A stretch of DNA of 64,000 nucleotides from a virus (IMGVR_UViG_3300031867_000032:1-64000); one strand, 5' to 3'. Positions 1-10,143 are shown, counted from the first letter of the stretch. Numbers and translations: made by a program. The notes: a model not told the origin generated them from the sequence alone.

Positions 1-160
1 ACGTGAGCAACCATTGCAGGTCTATCATGATATAGCCATAGTAGATACGGCCTGCAAGTTCGACCATGAGGAGCATCTTGTGAGTATATGCATATTCATC
101 ATAGTACTCGCAAAAGGTGTGGAACATAGGCGAACTGTTATCCTTGCGTGTGCGTGCCAT
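1..160 (-). CDS. Hypothetical protein, truncated by the window edge (MARTRKDNSSPMFHTFCEYYDEYAYTHKMLL...)
   Basis: ATG at 160 preceded by GGAG Shine-Dalgarno (169-172 on the minus strand); open to position 1; not in the supplied track. Confidence 0.6.
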   Translation of the reverse strand, partial: MARTRKDNSSPMFHTFCEYYDEYAYTHKMLLMVELAGRIYYGYIMIDLQWLLT

Positions 161-183
161 TTGATTGTCTCCAATCTTGTGAG

Positions 184-199
184 TGTTTCACGTGAAACA
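184..199. promoter_or_regulatory. parS: parS centromere-like site (ParB/Spo0J binding), perfect palindrome TGTTTCACGTGAAACA
   Basis: Exact match to the canonical bacterial parS consensus; the palindrome extends to 18 bp (183-200). Confidence 0.8.
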
Positions 200-601
200 C
201 GTTAGTCTGTTAGGTAGTAGGTAGTTTATGCCCTCTTACGCGTGTGTGTCGCATTTCCCCGCTCGCACATGTGTGCGCCTATTTTCTCCAATCCTATAGG
301 AATCCGCTAGGTCCTACGCGTGGGCTATCCGATTATCAGGGGCCTTGCACCCGCCCGGCGTTTGGTTTCCCTCTCGCTGTCTAGTAATATACGCTTATGC
401 GGCGCCGTTGTGGGCGAGGATGGCAAACTCGTCTCGTCTCCACAGTCCCTACACAATTGCACACACACGACGCTTGACATACGCCTAACGCATAGCACGG
501 TATCCCCGCCTGCGTTTTGGGCATAACCGCAGGTCAGAGGGGGGATCGCCTCCTGCCCCGTCCAAAAAATTCTCAAGAGCAATTTTGAGTTTTAAATTCG
601 G

Positions 602-721
602 CTATATCCTTGGCTTTCTAGGTCTTTTAATCCTCTGACTACAGTCTCCCGCAAACGTCTTCTTCGCAGCTGTAACTGCCGCAGCTTTCTTACTTCCAAT
701 ACTTTTCTTTATATTTTTCAT
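602..721 (-). CDS. Small basic protein, 39 aa (MKNIKKSIGSKKAAAVTAAKKTFAGDCSQRIKRPRKPRI)
   Basis: ATG at 721, AGAAAGG RBS, consensus promoter immediately upstream, TAG stop. Confidence 0.5.
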   Translation of the reverse strand: MKNIKKSIGSKKAAAVTAAKKTFAGDCSQRIKRPRKPRI

Positions 722-744
722 ATTTTTTCCTTTCTCTTGGTTAT

Positions 745-773
745 ATTATATCATAATAAATATTTTGGGTCAA
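745..773 (-). promoter_or_regulatory. Sigma70/SigA-type promoter, leftward
   Basis: TTGACC-17 nt-TATAAT with extended -10 TG on the minus strand. Confidence 0.75.
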
Positions 774-831
774 TTTATTTTATTTAATTTATGTTTTTAT
801 ATCTAATATATAAAATTTTTATATTTTCCCC

Positions 832-860
832 TTGACAGAAACAAAGAAGTATGTTAAAAT
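832..860 (+). promoter_or_regulatory. Sigma70/SigA-type promoter, rightward, upstream of the packaging/structural module
   Basis: TTGACA-17 nt-TAAAAT with extended -10 TG. Confidence 0.8.
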
Positions 861-895
861 TTAACTAAGTTAAAAATATTTTTAGTAAAGGAGGT

Positions 896-1996
896 TTGTT
901 AGTGGACTTAGACTACTCTCTATCTACTCCAGAAGAGCGAGTAGATTACGTTAAAACTCTTTTAGCTGATAATCCTCCTCTTAATAATAGCACTCTAACT
1001 ATATTAGCAGACTACATTTTATTTATTCGTGATCGTAACCAAACAAAGAAACAACGTGACGCAGACCATCCAATATTAACCCCTAACAGAGAGTTTACTA
1101 TTAACAAGAGGGAGACATCATACGAAGCTTTAGTAGACAAACTTGAAAATGGCGAAGATGGTCTATACAATATTATCCGCAATGATAAAACCCAAATTCT
1201 TGATCCAAAAGACCCAATCACAGAAGAAGATGTGAAAAATATCCCTGGCATTAAAGAATGCCTTGATGTAATTGCTTCTCTAAAAAAGCAATTAGAAACT
1301 GCATCAAAATATCGTCGCAAAGCTTTAACTCAAGCAATTATCGACACTTGAAAACAAGCTTACATTATTAAAGGCAACTATTCAATGATAGGACGTTTAA
1401 AATCAACGTCTCAAATCAAAACAATAGCATCACTCTCCATCCCTGAAGAAATTTACTTCGATGATAATATGATGCCGCACTCTGATAAACCTTTCTCCTT
1501 CCTCAATCCAGAACATGTTTCTTTCTTACTTTGTCACTACCAAGGTTTAAAGCAAGAATCTTGAGAAGATCTTCACTGTGACATGCGGTGACACCTAATC
1601 GACCTTGAAGATCTTACCGAGGAAGCATTGCGGGAAAAGTACCCCATGCTCTGAGATATAGTAGTTTGAAAAGTAGACGGTCTTACTAACGACCAAATCC
1701 GTGAAAGAGTTCTCCAAGAATATGGTGAAGATCATTCAGAACAATATTATTCATCTATTTGACGCAAACGTATTCCTAAACTCATTACTGAGCAATTTCA
1801 AAAGAACTATGTAGAATGATATTTTACAGAAAAAGAACGTGGTTACTGGAAAAAATGTAGTAAATGCGGGCAAATTAAATTAGGACACCCTCTTTTCTTT
1901 GCTAGAAATACTAGTAAAGATGGCTGATATAGTCAATGTAAAGAATGTAAAAACGCTTCAAGAACTATTTCTGTCAAAAAAGTCTCAGAAAAATAG
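896..1996 (+). CDS. Putative DNA-binding regulator, 366 aa (HTH-like region plus C-terminal CxxC...CxxC Zn finger)
   Basis: GGAGG RBS and TTG start; open through 8 in-frame TGA to TAG; C-terminus WKKCSKCGQ...DGWYSQCKECK. Confidence 0.55.
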
Positions 1997-2011
1997 AAAG
2001 AAGGTGACTTT

Positions 2012-3244
2012 ATGACAGTAGATGAAGGATATAAAACATGTTCAAAATGCGGACGTTCATTGAAAGCAAGTGCGGAGTTCTTCAAAATGAAATCTGGAGA
2101 ACGTTGCGATCTATGTAAAGATTGTTTAACTCAATATATCGACAATCGCAATCCAGAAACATTTATGTGAATCCTTGAAATGTTTGATGTTCCTTACATT
2201 GAAAAAAAATGAACGCAACTTACAAATGAACGTTATAAGAAGAACCCTGGTAAGTTTGGACCAAAATCAGTAATTGGTCTTTATTTACGGGCTATGAACA
2301 TGCTTCAATATCGTGATTTAACTTATGCGGACTCTGATTCAATTAATAATGTTGGTAAAGATATTAAAGTAGATGAAGATTATGAAGAACAATTAAAAGC
2401 AAAATTAGAAAGCGGCGAAATTTCTCAAGGTCAATATAATACTCTTACAAAAACAAATCGAGATGTTCAAAAAGAAGGCTATGATGCAAAAGGATTTTTA
2501 ATTCCTGAAGAAGAGACTCAGCCCGAAGAACCGCAAGAGCAGACGCCGCAATATCAAGTAGATCCTAACTACTGAACAGACCAATTAGATGAGTCAGATA
2601 TTAATTATCTAATGCTTAAATGAGGTACTATGTATACTCCTGAAGAGTGAGTAAAAATGGAAACTACTTACAATAAATATTCTCAGGAATATGACCTTAA
2701 CGTAGACCGCGAAGAAGTTCTTAAAAAAATGTGTAAAACTTCTCTTAAAATGGATGAAGCGTTAGACGCAGGTGACGTAACTGGCTACAAGAATCTTGCG
2801 GCCGTCTTTGACCAGCTCCGCAAGTCAGGCAAATTTACTGAAGCTCAAAATAAAGAAGATAGACAACAAGTTCTTTCTTCTATTGGAGAATTAGTAGCAC
2901 TTTGCGAGCAAGAAGGCGGTATTATACACGCTCTGCCGCAATATGATCCTGATCAGTATCCGCAAGATAAAATTGATTTTACACTTAAAGATCTTAAATC
3001 TTACACTTACAGCTTAGTAAGTAATGAACTTGGTCTTGGGGATCTTATTGAATCTTATATTGAGAAACTTGAACAAGCAGAAAGTGATTCTGTTGATATT
3101 AATGCGGGACTTGTAACATCTGCGGAAGAAGAAGCAAGTGACGAACTTACAGATGAAGAAGCAGAAGAATGGCAAGGATTCCTTGAAAATGAAGTTGAAG
3201 CAGAAGCTGAAATGCTTGAACGTTTCTTAGCAGGTGATTTATAA
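2012..3244 (+). CDS. Zn-finger protein upstream of the terminase, 410 aa (candidate packaging accessory/small terminase)
   Basis: Joins track fragments 2294 and 2657 in one frame with TGA=Trp; N-terminal CSKC...CDLCKDC; TAATG coupling to the terminase. Confidence 0.5.
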
Positions 3245-4989
3245 TGGCCTTAAAAGATATTCTTCAAACGACCAATAGACGAAAAGAATTAGATAGCGAT
3301 GCAATTAAAGAAGAAGTCCATAATCATTTAGATGAATATAGAGAATTAATTGCATATTGACGAGTTTATCCTGATAAACTTGTCGATTATTACTTGTCTC
3401 TTGGAAATCCTTACAATTTTAAATTTATTTTTTATCAAAGATTATTCTTGCGAGCACTGTTTCGGCATAAATATGTCTATGCCACTTTCGTTCGAGCTTG
3501 GTCTAAATCATTTATGTCAGTTATGGCTCTAATGTTAAAAGCTATTCTTTATCCTGGAGCTAAGCTATTCACTGTAGCAGGTGGTAAGCAACAGTCTGCG
3601 GAAATCCTTTCAGGTAAAGTATTAGAAATTTGTAAATTAATTCCCGCAATGGAGAGAGAAATTATCTGAGATACGCGAGGTACTCGAGCTCGAACTGCGC
3701 AGACTAAAGATAGTGTTATTTATACATTTAAAAATGGTTCAACATTAGAAAATGTTGCGGCGTCTGAGAAAACTCGTGGACGTCGTTTTAATAGTGGTTT
3801 AATGGAGGAATGTGTAGGTATTGACCAAGATATTCTTAATGAAGTTCTTATTCCTACACTTAACGTTGACCGTATGGTTCAAGGCCAAACTGATCCAAAT
3901 GAACAATTAAATAAAAGTCAAATTTTCGTGACTACTGCAGGTTATAAAAATACGTATAGTTATGAAAAATTAATTGAAATTCTTTGTCGTTCAGTGGTGC
4001 GACCAAAAGATGCAATTGTACTTGGCGGTAGTTGGCGAGTTCCTGTCATCTTCGGGCTCTTGGATAAAAACTTTGTGCGGGACCTCAAGATGGATGGCAC
4101 ATTTAATGAAGACTCATTTGAGCGAGAATATGAATCTAAATGGACTGGCGATATTGAATCTGCATTCTTTAACTCAGAGCGTTTTGATAAGAACCGCCGT
4201 ATTAATCAACCTGAATGAAAATATTCCAATAGAACAAGTAAAGATGGATATTATATTATGGGTGTTGACGTTGGACGATTTGGTTGTACAACTGAAGTAG
4301 TCATTATTAAAGTAACTCCAGGTGCGGGCGACATTCCTCGTAAACGTATTGTTAATATTTATTCATTTGATGAAGAGCACTTTGGTTTACAATCGCTTAA
4401 ATTAAAGCGTTTATTCCAACAATATAAATGTCGCGTCGCTGTAATCGACGGCAATGGCCTAGGTGCGGGACTTGTAGACATGCTGACAATGGATACAATT
4501 GATCCTGATACTGGAGAAACGCTTTACAATTGAGGTGTTATGAATGATGAAGATAATAAGTATCGCAATATGAAAACAGAAGATACAATAACTGATGCTA
4601 TGTATATTATGAAAGCTAATCAGGTATTAAATTCTGAAATGTATGCTTATTGTCAATCAGAAATTAATGCGGGTCGTGTAATATTTTTAGTAGATGAAGC
4701 TATTGCTAAAAACAAACTAATGGCTCAAGCTCAAGGTAAAAAAATGAGCCAATCTCAACGTGCGGATTACCTTATGCCATTTGTCCAGACAAGTATTCTT
4801 AAAGATCAAATGCTAAACTTAATTACAGAAAATGATGGTGCACATATTATTTTAAAACAAGCTTCAAAGAAAATTAAAAAAGATAAATTTTCTGCTTTAA
4901 TTTATGGTTTATATTATTGCAAATTACAAGAAGATGCACGTTCTAAAAAGCGTAAACGTGATATTTCAAAATTTATGTTCTTTAATTAA
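3244..4989 (+). CDS. terL: Terminase large subunit, 581 aa
   Basis: Four track fragments in one frame joined by 4 TGA; Walker A-like FVRAWSKS, RGRR motif, Walker B GLMEE, RNase H-like MGVDVGRFG and terminal KKDKFSALIYG. Confidence 0.9.
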
Positions 4990-5072
4990 AAACTTTGGGG
5001 CAAAAAATTATAATTAAGAAAGCAATAAAAGCATATACAATGAACAAGTAAGTCTTACGAAAGAGGAATATT

Positions 5073-5429
5073 ATGATGAGTTCAAAAATGGAAGTTAAGA
5101 TACATAATATCTTAACCGATTATGATGTTCCTTTTGAAGAAGAATATGAGTTTGACGACTTAATTGCATCAAGTGGTAGACACTTACGTTTTGATTTTGC
5201 CGTATTTACAGAGGATGGTGGGTTAGACTTCCTGATCGAAGCCCAAGGGAGACAACACTATACCGCAGTTAATAAGTTTGGTGGGAGCAAAGGTGTTGGA
5301 CGGCAAAAATATAACGATATGCAAAAACGAGAATATTGTTTAAAGCATAATATCAAGTTAATCTGTATTCCTTATTATGACGAACCCAGAATAACATATG
5401 ATTATATTATGCGGGCGGCTGGATATTAA
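5073..5429 (+). CDS. PD-(D/E)xK, Vsr/DUF559-like endonuclease domain protein, 118 aa
   Basis: LRFDFAVF...LIEAQGRQHY...KREYCLKHNIKLICIPY motif. Confidence 0.7.
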   Translation: MMSSKMEVKIHNILTDYDVPFEEEYEFDDLIASSGRHLRFDFAVFTEDGGLDFLIEAQGRQHYTAVNKFGGSKGVGRQKYNDMQKREYCLKHNIKLICIPYYDEPRITYDYIMRAAGY

Positions 5430-5442
5430 GGAGGTCGAGCAC

Positions 5443-7008
5443 TTGAGTACAAATGATTTTCGTTTAGTTGCTTCAAACGAACCTGCGCGTCCTTCTAAAG
5501 ACTTTAATAAAATGAGAATTGATGGTAAACTTTATAAAGATGATGTAACAATTAATACTTCTCCTTTCAATAAACTTTACCGTCGCCGTAGAATTCATAA
5601 GCATGATATATATGGTGCTTTAGAGCGAAGAGATTTAAAAGAATTGCGGGCAATTTCAAATTATTTCTTCCTTAAAAGTGGTATCTATTCTCGACTATGC
5701 CGTTATATGGCTTATCTTTATCGCTACGACTGGATGATAACTCCTGTTCGATACGATGATAAAATTAAAGATGAAAAAGTCATTGAAGGCTGGTTAAAGT
5801 CTACTGCCTATTTAGATAATTGTCGCTTAAAGAAAAATTTTGGCGAGATTGCTTTAAAGGTAGTTAAAAATGGTTGCTTTTATGGATATAAAATTGATCA
5901 AAAAACTGCGTGTGTTATCCAGGAGCTTCCAATTGACTATTGCCGCAGTCGTTTTAAGTTTAATAACTTACCAATCGTAGAATTTAATGTTAAATTCTTT
6001 GACGATAAATTTGCGGATACTGAATATCGCATTAAAGTGCTTAAAATGTTCCCAAAGGAATTCCAACAGGCTTATATTAAATATAAGCACAATACTTTAA
6101 AGAAAGACCATAATGGTGACGAAACAGGTTGGTTTGCACTAGATGCGGGTGCCGCATTTAAATTTAATCTTAATCACAGTGACATTCCTCTATTCCTTTC
6201 AATTATACCAAAATTAATTGATCTCGAGGATGCACAAGATTTAGATCAGAAGAAGATGGAGCAACAATTAATTCGTCTAATCATTCAAGAGATGCCAATT
6301 GATAAAAATGGTGATCTTATCTTTGATGTAGATGAAGCTCGAGAATTGCATAAGAATGCAGTTGGTATGTTAGGTGGTACTGTAGGAGTAGATGTTCTTA
6401 CTACATTTGCAGATGTTCATGTAGAAGACCTTTCTGATAAAGGAAATATGTCTGCCGCAGATCAATTAGACAAAGTTGAACGTACAGTTTATAATGAAGC
6501 TGGCGTTAGTCAAATGCAATTTAATACTAGTGGCAATTTAGCCTTAGAAAAATCAATTCTCAATGATGAAGCTACAATGACAAATCTTCTTCTTCAATTT
6601 GAGGAATTTGCTGAAAGTTTATTAAAGACTTTCAACAAAAATCCGAAGCGTCTAAAATATCAAGTACAGATGCTTCCTACAACTATTTATAATTACAAAG
6701 ATCTTTCCAAGCTTTACAAAGAGCAAACACAGATAGGCTTTTCTAAGCTTCTGCCTCAGATTGCTCTTGGAGAGTCTCCTAGTACCGTGCTCGCGACTGC
6801 GGTCTTTGAGAATCAGATGATGAAGCTTGATGAGATATTTACTCCTCCGCAAATGTCTTCTACTATTAGTAAAACTCAACAGTCTGGTGGCACTAATAAA
6901 CAGAACAATGACGCTGAGCCGTCCGCGGGAGAGCAAGGTGGCCGTCCAGAGCTACCCCAGGATGAAAAATCCGATAAAACAATCGCAAATGAGGAATCAC
7001 AGGGTTAA
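5443..7008 (+). CDS. Portal protein, 521 aa
   Basis: AAGGAGG RBS with TTG start; size and position between terminase and prohead protease; no in-frame TGA. Confidence 0.75.
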   Translation: MSTNDFRLVASNEPARPSKDFNKMRIDGKLYKDDVTINTSPFNKLYRRRRIHKHDIYGALERRDLKELRAISNYFFLKSGIYSRLCRYMAYLYRYDWMITPVRYDDKIKDEKVIEGWLKSTAYLDNCRLKKNFGEIALKVVKNGCFYGYKIDQKTACVIQELPIDYCRSRFKFNNLPIVEFNVKFFDDKFADTEYRIKVLKMFPKEFQQAYIKYKHNTLKKDHNGDETGWFALDAGAAFKFNLNHSDIPLFLSIIPKLIDLEDAQDLDQKKMEQQLIRLIIQEMPIDKNGDLIFDVDEARELHKNAVGMLGGTVGVDVLTTFADVHVEDLSDKGNMSAADQLDKVERTVYNEAGVSQMQFNTSGNLALEKSILNDEATMTNLLLQFEEFAESLLKTFNKNPKRLKYQVQMLPTTIYNYKDLSKLYKEQTQIGFSKLLPQIALGESPSTVLATAVFENQMMKLDEIFTPPQMSSTISKTQQSGGTNKQNNDAEPSAGEQGGRPELPQDEKSDKTIANEESQG

Positions 7009-7022
7009 CGAGAGGAGGGAAG

Positions 7023-8417
7023 ATGGCATTAAAGAATAAATCCGAGGTAAACATGATTCAAGGCCCCGAGTTCATCAATTTACAACCTCTTGATGTTAAC
7101 CCTTTGATGCAAAAATGCGAAATTAAAGTTTTTTATCTAGGTCACAATCGTAATGGTTCTTACATTAATCGTGAAACTGCTTTAGAAATGGCTAAGACAT
7201 TGCGGGGAACCCCAATTGTTGCAGCTTTTAATAAAGATAAAGGAGACTTTGGCGATCATGGACATGTAATGCATATCGAAGATGGCGAAGTAACTTTCAC
7301 TGTTAAAACCATTCCCTATGGTTTTGTCGCTCCAGATGCAGAGGTCTGGTTTCAAAACTTCACTGATACAGATGAATTTGACAATTCCGTAGAACGTACC
7401 TATTTAATGACAACGGGTTATCTCTGGTCTGGTCAATTTGAAGAACTCACTAAAGTAATTAATGAAGGTCAGCCGCAATCAATGGAGTTAGATTCTGACT
7501 CACTTCAAGGACATTGGGCGACTGATAATAATCTTGGTGTAGATTTCTTCATTATTAATGACGCAACTTTTAGTAAGTTGTGTATTCTTGGGGACAATGT
7601 TGAACCCTGCTATGAGGGAGCCTCTGTAACGTCTCCAGAGGTCAGTAAGAATTTCAGCAAGGATTCTGAATTCCAACAGACCTTATTTAGCATGATGAAT
7701 GACTTACAAATCGCTCTTAATAGCAAAGGAGGGTTGAACATGTCTGAGAATGAACTAATTAATGATTCTGTCGAAACTGCGGAAGAGCAGCCTGTACTTG
7801 AGAACGAGCTCGAACAAGATGAGGTTGTGGAATCCCCTTCAGTGGAGAATGAAGAATTTTCCAATGAGGAAGTAGAGGTCCAGGAAGCAGTTGAGACTGA
7901 TGATAATTCTGCAGCTGACGAATTTGTTGATAAAAAGAAAGATGAAGAAGATGCGGGATCCGAAGACAAGGACGAGGATGACGCAGATGATTCTAACGAC
8001 GATGCTGATGATGATTCCGATGATGATGATCAGAAAAAGCCTAAGAATCAACATTCATTAGAAGAGTTTGAAGCTTTACAGGCAGAAATTGATTCTCTTC
8101 GCGCAGAGAATGAAGAACTCCGCAACTTTAAACTCGCAGTTGAAAATCGACAGAAAGACGCTTTAATTGCTTCTTATCATATGCTATCCGATGAGGATAA
8201 AGCAGAAGTAATTGCTCACAAGTCTGAGTTTAGCCTTGATGAGATTAAAGCGAAGTTAGCTGTTATCTATGTTGAGAAGAATGTTAATTTCGACATGATT
8301 GATGGTCAAGAAGAGGTCGAGGATGATCCCGCACCTACAATGACTTTCTCTCTCGACGAAGAAGCATCTGAGGGCGTTCCTGCTTTCATCGAAGCGCTTC
8401 GTCACACAAGTAAATAA
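7023..8417 (+). CDS. Prohead protease/scaffold fusion, 464 aa
   Basis: N-terminal protease-like domain (GHNRNGSYI, QSMEL, LCILGDNVEPCYEGA) followed by an acidic coiled-coil scaffold; position before the capsid genes. Confidence 0.7.
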   Translation: MALKNKSEVNMIQGPEFINLQPLDVNPLMQKCEIKVFYLGHNRNGSYINRETALEMAKTLRGTPIVAAFNKDKGDFGDHGHVMHIEDGEVTFTVKTIPYGFVAPDAEVWFQNFTDTDEFDNSVERTYLMTTGYLWSGQFEELTKVINEGQPQSMELDSDSLQGHWATDNNLGVDFFIINDATFSKLCILGDNVEPCYEGASVTSPEVSKNFSKDSEFQQTLFSMMNDLQIALNSKGGLNMSENELINDSVETAEEQPVLENELEQDEVVESPSVENEEFSNEEVEVQEAVETDDNSAADEFVDKKKDEEDAGSEDKDEDDADDSNDDADDDSDDDDQKKPKNQHSLEEFEALQAEIDSLRAENEELRNFKLAVENRQKDALIASYHMLSDEDKAEVIAHKSEFSLDEIKAKLAVIYVEKNVNFDMIDGQEEVEDDPAPTMTFSLDEEASEGVPAFIEALRHTSK

Positions 8418-8434
8418 TTAAAGGAGGTTGTAAT

Positions 8435-8926
8435 ATGGCTATTACAATTAAGCGTGATGGTTATGGCCAAGTAGAGCCAAATCATCTCTCTGCTCCTCGT
8501 GATGGTCGCGTCTATGCGCAGCTTCCCGCCAATGAGGACATTAAAATCCTTGAGAATGGTATGTTTGTAAAATATGACTACGCTGCTGGTGAAGTTAATT
8601 TTACAGGCGATGGCGCTTGGATGCTCGTTTATAACGAGGAAAAGCTCTATGATGAGCGTTATCAGATGCACAAGCATTGGGCACAGAAAGTAGAGGATGC
8701 CTATGACGGCAAGATTTATCCTCGCGTTTTTGGTGTCGTTGCTGGTGATATCTTTACTACTAATATGTTCGCTGACGATACTGAGCTTTCTGTTGGTGAT
8801 ACCGTTACTCCTGGTACTGATGGTATCCTTGCAGCTGGTGAGGGCGACGTTACCTTCAAGGTTGTAAAAGAGTACACTCTTCCTGATGGTCAGCCTGCCG
8901 TTAAGCTACAGTGCATCAAGGCTTAA
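8435..8926 (+). CDS. Head decoration/capsid-associated protein, 163 aa
   Basis: Strong RBS, high-expression codon usage, lies between scaffold and major capsid gene. Confidence 0.6.
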   Translation: MAITIKRDGYGQVEPNHLSAPRDGRVYAQLPANEDIKILENGMFVKYDYAAGEVNFTGDGAWMLVYNEEKLYDERYQMHKHWAQKVEDAYDGKIYPRVFGVVAGDIFTTNMFADDTELSVGDTVTPGTDGILAAGEGDVTFKVVKEYTLPDGQPAVKLQCIKA

Positions 8927-8945
8927 TTGGAAAGGAGTGTAGAAT

Positions 8946-10043
8946 ATGGATTACAAAGATCTTAAAGAGCTAGCTCGCATTGCTATGCATGCGGATCCCA
9001 GCGCTCCTACTGCTTACTCCTTCGGTAATGAGTCTTATACCCTTGATCAGGTAAATCAGGCTCTACAGGTTGAGTTCCAGAAGTTAGCTGGTTCTTATAG
9101 AGATTATCGTGAGAACAAGAACACCATCTTCCGTCTAATTGAGGAAACAATTGATGAAGTTCTTCCTGCTCGCGTTGAACAGCAGTATGCTCAGTTCGCT
9201 GAGGTTCGTACTGTTGCTAATGGCGAGAAGGCTATTTTCCGTATGCGTGTTACTGAGGCTGCACGTAAGCGTGCTAAGACCTTCGTTACTCGCGTTGGTT
9301 TAGCTGGTCGTTATGAAGTCTTCATGCTTGATGGTAAGCAGCTTGAAATCGGTACCGCTGCTATCGGTGGAGCCGCTCGCATCGGCTTTGAGGAAGTTCT
9401 CGACGGCCGCATCCAGTTCTCTGAGCTTACCAGTCTTGTCATGGAGGGCATGGACGAATATATTTATCGTGAGATTGCTAAGGCTCTCGAAGCTGTAGTT
9501 AAGGACCTACCTGCTGTACAGAAGGCTGAGGTTGCTGGGTTCGATGAGGCTACAATGGACGAGTTACTCGCTATTGCTGATACTTATGGTCGTGCTGCTA
9601 TTTACTGCACCTTTGAATTTGCTTCTAAGATGCTTCCTGCTGAGGGATGGGTTTCTGATGATATGAAGAACCGTCTCTGGGCTGACGGTTGGCTAGGCAA
9701 TTATAAGGGCCATAATGTTATTATTCTTCCTCAGTCTGTCGTTGACGAGACTAATATGGAGAAGGTAATTGATCCTGCTCAGGCTTACATCTTCCCTGCT
9801 GGTCAGGACTCTAAGCCCGTTAAGATTGTCTTTGAGGGCCCAACTGCTGTCCGTACCGTTGAGGATAATGACGACTGGAGCACCGACTTCCAGACCTACA
9901 AGAAGTTTGGCGTTGCTACTTTCTTCACTAATTATATCTTCAGCTACCGTAATACTGAGTTAGTTAAGGCTACACGTCTCCACAACTTCGATGATGGTTC
10001 TGAATCTAGCACAGATGATGGTGGCAACAACGTCAAGCCTTAG
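8946..10043 (+). CDS. Major capsid protein, 365 aa
   Basis: Position, size, strongly biased codon usage (GCT/CGT/AAG/GAG), followed by a terminator. Confidence 0.8.
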   Translation: MDYKDLKELARIAMHADPSAPTAYSFGNESYTLDQVNQALQVEFQKLAGSYRDYRENKNTIFRLIEETIDEVLPARVEQQYAQFAEVRTVANGEKAIFRMRVTEAARKRAKTFVTRVGLAGRYEVFMLDGKQLEIGTAAIGGAARIGFEEVLDGRIQFSELTSLVMEGMDEYIYREIAKALEAVVKDLPAVQKAEVAGFDEATMDELLAIADTYGRAAIYCTFEFASKMLPAEGWVSDDMKNRLWADGWLGNYKGHNVIILPQSVVDETNMEKVIDPAQAYIFPAGQDSKPVKIVFEGPTAVRTVEDNDDWSTDFQTYKKFGVATFFTNYIFSYRNTELVKATRLHNFDDGSESSTDDGGNNVKP

Positions 10044-10143
10044 ACAGAGCCAAGCTCTAATTCCTCTGGGAACGGGGGAATAAATCCAGATAGCTTGTTC
10101 CTAGATCCATAGGATAGCGTCTGAACATTAATTTAATTAAGGA

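Noticed and set aside
14-582. Track ORFs 14-205, 320-526 and 325-582
   Set aside because: No RBS or recognisable motif; the opposite-strand ORF starting at 160 has a proper Shine-Dalgarno
3484-3510. Non-canonical terminase Walker A (FVRAWSKS) as a sign of inactivity
   Set aside because: All other ATPase and nuclease motifs are intact, so a family-specific P-loop variant is the simpler explanation
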